A stretch of 64,000 nt of DNA from Chrysomallon squamiferum (Eukaryota; Animalia; Mollusca). Under the pieces are notes generated by a model. It saw only the letters and a list, made by a program, of their open reading frames with translations, made no database searches and was not told where the DNA came from. Positions within the stretch are counted from its first letter, which is position 1. Every line of letters begins with the position of its first letter. Positions 49,640 to 64,000 of this stretch are shown here, piece by piece. The position numbers were made by a program, and so were the translations under genes. The stretch lies in assembly GCA_012295275.1 (NCBI GenBank), contig CM022671.1:24428001-24492000 (forward strand), written 5' to 3'.

Positions 49640-50995
49640 ATGACTCAAGAGGAGAATGACTGCAGGTTTCTCAACATCACATCTTCCCAGACAGAGGACA
49701 CAGTCTCTAGAGTTGCTCAGATATCCTACATCTCTTTTCTGGGAACAAGTATTGTTGTCGGTGTCCCTGGAAATTTGCTGGTAGCCGCCGTGTATGGCTA
49801 TCAAGAAAACAAATCTGCAACTGATTGGCTCATTTTGTTTGCAGCTATATTCAACACACTGGTCTGTGGCCTTGATGTGCCCTTCCATCTCAGTTTTGAA
49901 ACCGGAATGTGGAAAACTAATCACCCCAGTGATACCATCTGTCAGCTGTTTGTTTGGATTTCACAGTCTTTAACTTTAGTCTCATGCCTCCTGATGTTTT
50001 TCTTAGCTTTTGATCGGTTTCAGAAAATCTGTTTCCCACTAAAAATGTGGATGAGTACAAAGACAGCCAAACAATCAAGTCTATTTTCTCTAGCGGCGTC
50101 CATGTTTGTGTCGACGCCCGTTTTTCTTTTGTTCGGTAATAATGCTGGTGGACAATGCAAGGTTCTGGAGAAATACGATAAATCACTGACAAATAAAATA
50201 TATTTCACGAGCATATTTGCCGTTTTCGTCGTAATATTTATTTTAGTGTCGATTTTTTACTTTCTGATGGCAAGGAAAATGAGACAGAGAATGTTAATTC
50301 GGCAGAAATTAGGCAACTGTTTGTCTGAAAGAAAAAGTGAACCAAGAAAACAGATAATGCATGAAGTGATCTCTATCGCGAGTACCTCGAACGGTTCACC
50401 GCAGCCGTCTATTACCATACAAATCACAGACTCCTCGGTGAATGGTTCCATGGAAAACGTATCAACTAATAAAAAACGCTTAGCCAAAAGATCGTGGAGC
50501 AGCGATTCAGAGTCATCGGAGAAATCCCAGTGCTCGAATGCATCACCCGGTCCCAACACGCCTACATTTCACGACCAGTTTCTGCTGCAAGTGCCAAGTT
50601 CCTTCTCTCATCCGGAAGCAGAATTGTCATCAGGACCTCCTCACAGCACCGACATCTTCACGGCCTCGACCTTCGTGTCGTCTGCGAAGAATGAATCACT
50701 TCTGTCGGAGAATAGAAAAATGAGTACTTCCTGCGAAAACCGCATAACGGCTGTTTTGTTCGCGATTACCCTTCTGTTTATTTTCAGCTGGATATTGCCG
50801 TGGTATGTTTGGTTGTACCGATACTACACGCCAACTGCTTGTCCAGAGTATCATCGGCTGAGTACGGCCGCTTTGCGTTACGGTCCTCAGATGTACATCT
50901 TGTATCATATGAGCAATCCTGTAGTCTTCACCTTCATGAGCAGATCGTTCAGAGAGAACGTGAAAACACATGTTAGAACATTATTAAAGATCTGA
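49640..50995 (+). CDS. Class A (rhodopsin-like) orphan peptide-receptor-like GPCR, intronless CDS, 451 aa
   Basis: Seven hydrophobic segments. TM1 GVPGNLLV; C3.25 (TICQL) with ECL2 Cys (GQCKV); TM3 DRFQKICFP; TM6 FIFSWILP; TM7 NPVVF; helix 8 FRENV; N-glycosylation sequon NIT. First in-frame ATG is at 49640. Confidence 0.93.
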   Translation: MTQEENDCRFLNITSSQTEDTVSRVAQISYISFLGTSIVVGVPGNLLVAAVYGYQENKSATDWLILFAAIFNTLVCGLDVPFHLSFETGMWKTNHPSDTICQLFVWISQSLTLVSCLLMFFLAFDRFQKICFPLKMWMSTKTAKQSSLFSLAASMFVSTPVFLLFGNNAGGQCKVLEKYDKSLTNKIYFTSIFAVFVVIFILVSIFYFLMARKMRQRMLIRQKLGNCLSERKSEPRKQIMHEVISIASTSNGSPQPSITIQITDSSVNGSMENVSTNKKRLAKRSWSSDSESSEKSQCSNASPGPNTPTFHDQFLLQVPSSFSHPEAELSSGPPHSTDIFTASTFVSSAKNESLLSENRKMSTSCENRITAVLFAITLLFIFSWILPWYVWLYRYYTPTACPEYHRLSTAALRYGPQMYILYHMSNPVVFTFMSRSFRENVKTHVRTLLKI

Positions 50996-53246
50996 AACTA
51001 CAGAAAACAAAAAGAAAATCTGTTTTGTAATACTGCAATGTAACAGAAGCAAAACGTAAATGAATTTTAAAAAGTCTTTTCTAAATATTTTATGTAACAT
51101 GTTTTCAGTATCATGAAAAATTTAATTTATGTTTGAAATTTAAATGTAACTATTTTATTTCAGAATGAATTATTAAAAAGAATGTTTAAGTTATATTTTC
51201 TCATTAATTCGGAGAAAATTAAAAAAATTCACTGAAAGTCAAAAAATAGAACTAAAATATATCAAAATACATTTCAATAAACAGAACATAGTTTTGCACA
51301 AGAGAGACAATTAAAAACCAAAACATACTGATTATATTACTTTATCATACATTGTGTTAACACAGAATTAGGACCTGTGTGTTTATATATTTTTTCAAAT
51401 AATACACATTCTGATATTTAGATATCTAAAAATGATATGTTAAAATACTTTTATTAATAAAAGCATGGTAAATGTTTCAAACATCGAGTATTAGTATTTA
51501 TTCAGAAGCAATTAAAAGTTTGGCAGCAAATATTTACTTTGATTGTTTTCATCATTTAAATTTGAATTTAAAGTATAGCTTTTAACCATATCTAAGACCT
51601 AAATATTTCCGCCTTCTTTTATTTTTGCATCAGAATTTTATGGAAATTAAAAACCTTTGTAAATTAATTGTAGTACTTTGTTATAAATGATTTAAGCGTT
51701 AAAATATTTGCTTTTGGCATTTACACATGCCCACATAATGTGCAGAATTTTATCTGTTCATTATATATACGTCGTGAGTAAATGCTCTATAGACACACGC
51801 AAGTACACATACACACTCTATCTTTATCTAAATACAACATTCTCCAAAATACAGTTATCTTTTCTAAATGATTACCTCGTATATATTTGTATTATTAATG
51901 AGGGGTTTTTTGTCAGTTTATCTATTATGGTAAACATAACACAAAATAAAGAAAATTGTCGATCAGTTTATAAGTTTTATATTATATGAATTACATATTA
52001 AATTAACTGTTCTTAAAAAAAAAATAAAAGAAATGAAAGAAGCATTCGCGATTTGTTCATCTGTTATGGAGTTTTTTATGTTAGTTTTCATACGCTGGCT
52101 TTCTGCTTTTAGAAACAAAAACTATGGCCAAGCTAAATAGATGAACGGGAAAACGAAAATTAGTATTATTGTTTGTAATCTTGGGTTAGCTACTTTTATA
52201 GTGCTGTTCAGTCATATAAGACTACTTGGATTCGATCTCTCGCCTTGTCGAAATACATTCTTAACTATTATGTAATATAGAGCTTTAATGATTTATAAAT
52301 TTGTTATTATGATAAAGAAATGTATGTTTTTAAACAATAAAACACGATAAATAGAATAAAGTGTTCATCTTTATTAATATTTTCTCTATTTGTTTTTTCT
52401 TTTTCTTTTTTTAGGGGGGTTGTTTGTTGTTGGGGTTTTTTTTTTTTTTCAGTTTTTGTTGTTTTTAAAATTTATTCTTAGTTATCTAATCTATTGAACA
52501 TCAATTTGACTAAAACATTACAAATATCTTTTTCCCATATCTAACGAAAATAAAATTACCAACTCATAAACTGCGTTTTTATTATCGCTTCTTGAACTGC
52601 ATTTTATTAATATGACTGAAATCTGTTTTATTAAAATACACACGAATTAAACAGAATTACCTAAAATTCTAATAAAATTCGATTCTATATAAATTCTGCA
52701 ACAGTCTTTCTAAGTTAATTATTAAATCTTTTTAGTATATAACTGCATTTCATTTATACTTCAGTCTATATCTATGTGGTTAATGTTGTTTTGAAAGACT
52801 AATATAACATCGGTATATTTTTTTTTTTTTAAATTAAATAGATGAGGACCAAATTTTCTAATACTGAAGGTCGGCATGTATGGCGGACCTTGGTTTAGGA
52901 CCATGAGTCATTCATGTACAGTGCGTGAGAAAGATCGTATAAAATTAGTATTGCGTGATTTATCCAACAAAACTGATAACTGACAAAGCACTGAAATTAA
53001 TCTTACGTTGACATTTGCAGATAATTACTTATTTAATTACTTAAATGTTTTTTAATCTATTAAAAGATGATAGCTTCTTATTTTGACCGTTAGTAATATG
53101 CTTCCTAATTTTACCCATTGCTCCACATGGATAGATAGATAAATCGATAGACAGATAGATAGATAAAGAGATATACGGATATGTGAATGGTCGGGTGGAT
53201 GGAACGATAGAAATATAGAGATAGAAAGATTAACAGACAGATAGAC

Positions 53247-53277
<31 letters not shown>

Positions 53278-53711
53278 TAGATAGAAAAAGAGCTAGACTG
53301 ATTGATGAATGATATGGTGGATAGATAGACTGACAGACAGATTTATTAGATAAATAGATAGCTGGATAGATACATAGATGGATGGATAGATCGACAGACA
53401 GACAGACAGACAGAGTCCGATATGGAAAGAAAGACAGAGACAAATTTTGTTTATAACATTTATAAAGATATAACATGGAATCTATGATTCAATAATTCTC
53501 GTCACCCTCTCAGTGACTAACTAAATGCTTTGATTACTGCAGTCATTACGGACATTAAACAGGGTTGATGTGATTACTGAGCATAAACAACAGTAATTAA
53601 GACTATCAAATTAATATAACCTTTCCGGGAAAATAAAAAAAACAAGGATCATTTCCCTCAGAACCTTACTTCTAAATTAACTTGTCAAACAATTTAACCT
53701 TTTCAAGAACA

Positions 53712-53718
53712 TATAAAA
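53712..53718 (+). promoter_or_regulatory. TATA box of vWA gene #2
   Basis: TATAAAA about 30 bp upstream of an Inr-like CCAGT (about 53746) and 55 bp upstream of the signal-peptide ATG. Confidence 0.55.
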
Positions 53719-53766
53719 AGCACGAGTCTGCTGTCGTATACTTCGCCAGTATTTTTTGAAAACATC

Positions 53767-58384
<4,618 letters not shown>

Positions 58385-59008
58385 AGTCTGGGTGCTTTTT
58401 TTATAACCACCGAGAAATAAATTAAAGTTTGCTAATAATTAAATTTAGGTTTTTTCATTTCTTACTTGTTCCTTACTGTTACGGGACTCCCTACAATTTG
58501 ACATTTATCAGTAAATGGTTTCTTTTACCATCCAGTTTTAACAAGTATAGGACAAAATATAGGACAATAATAACAAATAAAGTTAACAAGTCATATACGT
58601 TTTGGTACAGTCAATGTAATTGTTCTAAATATAAAGTTTAGTCAGAGATCTGGATTAGGATTATGTTATAAACAAAATTTCAGATGGTTAGATGCTTTTT
58701 TTTTTTTTTTTTGTATATATTGTATTAAAAAAAATCTAAGACAGTTATACACTTTTTCGACAGTTTTTGAGTGTATTACATAATAGAAAATTGTTGACTT
58801 TATTCTGTTAATAAAGATAATTGTTCATGGATTGTGTTTCTTTTATTAATAAAATTTACAATAATTTCTATAGTGTTAAAGTAACAGTACCAAAGCTGTC
58901 TTTAATCTCAGTCTTGGGTAAACAGTTCAATAATGCGAAGACAAATCTAATAGTTTTATTGTAAATCTATACAAAACTTATCTCTTGATTTAATTTTTTT
59001 TTAATATA

Positions 59009-59300
59009 TGGGTCATTCCATGTCAAATCACCCAGTCGGTTAAACCCGACAGTCTCAGATTTTTCCTGAAACTTCGCATACTTGTTGATTGGGATCCCAC
59101 ACCACTAAATCCGAAATTTGACCCAAATATGGCCCCCCGAATTTTGAGATTTGTGACCAAAATGGGCATGACCACCAATCTTTGAACCCTCATATCTCAG
59201 GAACTATTGGGCCAATCTTCATAAAATTGGTATTGTTGAAAAGGCAATATGATAATGAAAACTAATATAACTTACAATAAGCTGAAACAATGTTGTTTAT
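59009..59300. mobile_element. Probable single terminal fragment of a DNA transposon
   Basis: Abrupt GC-richer block starting ATAT|GGGTCATTCCATGTCAAATCACCC, with subterminal-type motifs (CATATCTCAGGAACTA..TTCATAAAATTGG). No matching opposite end found, so the family is not assigned. Confidence 0.4.
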
Positions 59301-61647
59301 TTTTTTATTTTTTTTAAATACCTTACCTCTGATCTAGCACTTGCAAGAAGCATCAACTTCTTTCCTTTGTACTCAACAATGACATATCCTTACACTTCCC
59401 TTTAGATCTCTACCATATTGGATGTACATCCTCTCATCTGTGATCTGGGTGAACAAGCTTTAAATATCTTTAATATCCCGAGCTATACACTAGATCTTTT
59501 GATGTAAGAAATTTTTTGATAAATACATGAAGCTATGAAATGATCAAGACGTTTAGTTGTTTCTAAATTTATTATGTATGTAAAGATACATATGTTTGTA
59601 AAATACACCAAATAAAGTCCAATCGCTCCTAAATCTTACAGACCATCTAAACATGATGCTAAAACGGGTTATTGCTGCTTGGATTTCCTCCACACGGATT
59701 TTGTCCTGGGTTCAGTTCAATATACATGTTATTGGTATGTTAAAAACATTAACTGTGTGTGTGTATATATATATATATTTTTTTTTTTTAATGCTTAGTT
59801 GTCTGTAGAATCCTAACAAATTTAAATACAATAGTATACAAAATATCTCTCCTGACAAAATATTAATATTTAAGAAAATGGATGCTGTTTTGATTTTACA
59901 ATTAAAGCATACATAAAATCAGTTTAAAAAAAATAATAAATAAAATAAATAAATACTCTATGATTGTTGGGGTTTTTGTTGTTGTTCGTTTCTCTTTTGC
60001 AACAGTGTTCTTCAGATACATATACATAATTAAATTCAACAAAAAGTATAATTTGAATTACAAACAGCCAAAATATATAATCATATAAAACACTGAAGCA
60101 GACAAACTCATACTTTATAACAATTAATACAAACCAAAATTAAAAATGTAATTCTTATATCAATTTCTAGCTCAAACGTTGTAATAACTGTTTAAGTTAC
60201 TCATGACAACAACAAAAAATGTTCATTTGCATTCATTTATTTTCCACATTTTATTTGGATACATTACATATCAATAAACAGTGATGCTTGTATGAAGGAC
60301 GGAAATGGATATCAACAAAAAAAATAAAGTACAGTGAATAGATTATGCTTCCTTTTGCTGAGCTTCAGGTTTATTTTTATATTATTTTTTTTTCTCTCTC
60401 TCTCTCCATTTTCCTCCATTTTTAGTATTATAAAAGTGAAAATGCATACATAATATTCAAGATGAAAATAACTATATTATGAATAAATAAATAAATTCAA
60501 ATAATTTTGTTATTTGTAAAAGCAATACAAAAGATATTCAATTAATGACAGAATTTCGACTGAATGTAAATGGACGGACAACAAGTGTATTACATTCAAA
60601 CAATGCTAATAATAATAAATTAAATATGCACAAGGACAAATATTAAGCAGTTACTGAAATAAAACAGTCAGCAGTAAGATTTTCAAATGCATGTTACTAA
60701 ACTTAGTTTTACATGATACAGTTACATACATATTTGAATATATTCAAACAGATGTTTTTCATTTTACATATATACATGTATGGATGTGTGTGTTTCACAT
60801 ATAACAATTTCTGAACAGGAATACAACTGTGTCAAATAATTGTTAAGTATTGCATATAACATCGTAAGGAAATATTTTTAATATTATGTTTCCAGACAAA
60901 TACAAAATATAAAATCAAAATAAAAGTTTCTAAAACTTTGGTATTGACCCAGATACTCCTAATGGTGATTTGAAAAATACATTTAAAAAAAAGTTATTTT
61001 AAACTTATATTTTAAATAATTTTATTATATTACTTTTATATATATATATATATATATATACATATTTATTTATTTATTTTCATGTCAGACAGGTATTTCC
61101 ATCAATCCTCCAGAAGCAAACACTGGATTCTTTCCTGTTCCAACACATTCCCAACACTAGTGTATTCAAAGACCATGCTTTGTATTTTTCTGTCTATGTG
61201 TTGGTGCATCAGAAGGATTCCTTCACATTAGATATGTATTTCATCACTCTTCCTCATGGCATTATTTCCAGTTCCAGCCTGTGCCCCAATACCAGCCTAT
61301 CAAAAGCCATGCATATATTTTTCTGTCTATGGGAAGGATTCGTTGTTAACAATCAATAATGACTGCCTATAGAGCAGTGTCGGCAGTAGGATTACTTTTC
61401 TCTGAACACATCATCACATTGTGAAATACTATGTTCACATTTAACGAATATTCACAACAAAATAGGTCTTTCATAAAGAACAAATGCACCTGATTTAAAT
61501 AATCCAACAGTTTAACCACCCCATCAATGCATCTGAAGTAAGCCTGAACTGCAGCTGTTATAATATATGCATGTAATGTTTTACTGTGTCATCTTTTACA
61601 CAGACTGGATTCTCTTTAACTCCTGTGTTACGTGGAGAGATTGCTCT

Positions 61648-63605
61648 CTAACTCTGAAGAACACGAATAAGCTTGCTGCAGTGTGATATCACTGTTGCCT
61701 CTCCTGGGTTGCTAAGAGCGCTGTCGGGTCTCGACAGCTGTGAAGGAGGACGAGAATTTGCTGTTGGAGGGCGAGGTGTAATAATAGCCTCTGCCAATCC
61801 TGACAGTTTGTCTACAGCATTGGAGGATATCATTTCCTGGAAGAAAAACAATTATAAAACATTTGTGAAGAAATAGTGGAAAATGTAAAAAAAAAAAAAA
61901 AAAAAATATTTTATTTATTTGTTTATTTATTTTATTATTTTAAGTAAAATTAATATGTTGTTGTCTGCAGAAAGGAAGGAACAAAATATCTCTTGCTGCT
62001 AATCTGTAAAGAGTAACCCATGAAGTTGTATCAGCAGATGTATCATTCTTATTACCAAAAAAAAAAATTTTAACTTTAAAAAACAAACAAATAAACAGCA
62101 AAAAAAAACACTAACAAAAAAAATGATAACTGTTCATCCATGTCCAGGAATTATTATAAATATAGAACATATTACAAAATTAACAATCTAACTTTGTTCA
62201 TTCACTGATTCAGTCAACAACCTGGATGTCTTTCTCAGATAGAGATATAACAAAGCTTTTCTTTTATACTTTATCTTTTATTTTTATTTTATTTTTATCT
62301 TAATCTGTCTTATACAAAGTCTTTCTTTTTCATATCATATTTTCTTTTCATTTTCCATTTTTCTTAACCTGTTTTATATGGCTTAATAGTTCTATAAATA
62401 AAAGATAAACTAAAATACTTTTCTCAGTTCTTCCTGCTGTGCAAGGCTGCGTAGAGCTAAGAGAGCACTGACTTGAACACTGGACTGTGTGTCTGTGTGA
62501 ACAATGTCAATCAGACTGAAAAATAAACACACATCACTGTTAATACTTCTCTGCTTAAACTCTGATAATTAAGTGTATAAAACACAGTCAGTGGTTTTGT
62601 TTCTTCTTCCTTCTTTTTTTATGTGAGAATTGAAAAATGTAAATGGTGGAAGAATTCTTTTTTTTCTTTTTTTTTTTCTTTCTGTTTGCCAGGTTCAGTG
62701 ACTTTTAGACGATTTTATTTTTTATGTATATTTTTCTTTGTTTCTTTGTTTGTTTATTAAACATTTTAACTTTTTTTATTTTTTTTTATAAATTTCTTTT
62801 GTTGTTTTCTTTATCTGTCTAATTTTGGGAGTCTAGCTTCAACTACAATTATCCATGTATGTTATAAATGAATCAGTAATAACAATGATAAAGATTAGAA
62901 CTACTTACTGCTGTATGACTTTTGCCTTTTTCATATCGGCACATAGGGAATTGGTGTGCATTCCAAGATTACCACAAGCACCTGAAAATGTAAAAGACAT
63001 GTCAACCAAACTGTAAACAAAGTTTCTTTATGTGTTTTAAAAATCACTTATGAGTAATGAACATATTAATGAGTTTCATAACACATTCTGCAGACAGGAT
63101 TTATTAAGTTTAAATATTAACTTGTTGTTGATCTTACAGGCCATTAAAAACACTACAACTTAAGTAAATTGACTACATGTTTCATCTACTGGGATAAAGT
63201 GTGTGCAGTAATTTGAAATATGAAATCATTATATTAATATTCTAAATTAACAAGTGAACTTGGTTATATTGTGTAAACTAAACATTCCTGATACATTCTG
63301 AGATATAAGCACTGGTTTCATCACTTTTACTTGGATGTCACAATTTTCAGTGTAATATTTATAACAATTTACAGGCTGCCTTTGCCTTAGTTTTAGTTAC
63401 ATGGCACTAATTTTCATTATATAACTGTTACTGGAAAACCGTATTAGTCTGTGTAAAATCTATTATAAAACTCACTGGCTGCATTTGCTCTGGTTTTAGT
63501 CACAGGGTCTCTGAGAAGATCAACCAAGTGAGGAATGGCAGACTTCAATTTGAGGTACAACTCACTGTTGTGATAACTGGCATTGCCAACTGCATAACTT
63601 GAACC
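61648..63605 (-). CDS. STK36: Serine/threonine kinase 36 (Fused), C-terminal ARM/HEAT-repeat exons; the gene continues beyond the window
   Basis: Exons 63605-63476, 62981-62909, 62515-62419 and 61836-61648 splice in frame to SYAVGNASYHNSELYLKLKSAIPHLVDLLRDPVTKTRANAASACGNLGMH..SVQVSALLALRSLAQQ..AVDKLSGL..HCSKLIRVLQS*. This matches my recollection of the STK36/TIO C-terminus (FAVGNAAY..ALGNL..AALIALRSL..HCRKLIHLL). Confidence 0.88.
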
Positions 63606-63929
63606 CTGGAATTTAGATTATTATAAACAAATATGTTAAAATAATAAATAACAAATATGTTAAAATAATAAATAACAAATATGTTAAAGTAACTTGAATC
63701 AAGGAATTTAGATTATTATAAACAAATATATTAAAATAATAAATATGCATAACTCGAACCCTAGAATTTAGAACATTATTAACAAATATGTTAAAATAAT
63801 AAATATGATTAATTTGAACCCTAGAATTTAGATTATTATAAACACATACTTTAAAATAATAAATATGTGTAACTTGAACCTTAGAATGAAGAATATTATA
63901 AACAAATATCTTAAAATAAAAAAAATATG
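63591..63929. repeat. 60-bp minisatellite (about 5 copies plus internal 24-bp sub-repeats) overlapping an STK36 acceptor
   Basis: Unit TGCATAACTTGAACCCTRGAATTTAGATTATTATAAACAAATATGTTAAAATAATAAATA at 63591, about 63686, 63746, 63806 and 63866. Confidence 0.9.
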
Positions 63930-64000
63930 TTCCATGATATGAAGAAAACAGAATCCTTAAACAAAATATTTGATAGGAAAATATATTAATTATATTAAAA

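Noticed and set aside
59320-59720. Minus-strand exon-like or transposase remnant ending in GAG|GTAAGG
   Set aside because: Stops in the frames examined and no recognisable motif; cannot be supported without a search.
63591-63929. CRISPR-like or telomeric array
   Set aside because: Contiguous tandem units without unique spacers, eukaryotic context, derived from a splice junction.

Overview
AT-rich eukaryotic (animal) genomic DNA, dense in (AG)n/(AC)n/(AAT)n/(TACA)n microsatellites, with GT-AG introns. The composition and gene content suggest a mollusc, probably a cephalopod; this is inference only. Most ORFs in the supplied track are microsatellite artefacts. By hand-splicing I recover six protein-coding genes. 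(1) A RING/B-box/B-box/coiled-coil TRIM E3 ligase (+) with a disordered tail carrying TQT-like motifs. (2) A 7-exon coiled-coil plus multi-Ig protein (-), with a hAT/Charlie-type MITE inserted at its stop codon. (3) A 10-exon secreted tandem-vWA protein (+), head-to-head with gene 2. (4) A class A orphan GPCR (+) with an intronless CDS, altered activation motifs and PxIxIT- plus LxVP-like motifs in ICL3. (5) A second, paralogous 10-exon secreted tandem-vWA protein (+) with an apparent +1 frameshift in exon 9. (6) The last four exons of STK36/Fused (-), whose upstream acceptor has been amplified into a 60-bp minisatellite. No rRNA, tRNA or CRISPR features were seen. All coordinates were counted manually and no database searches were run.
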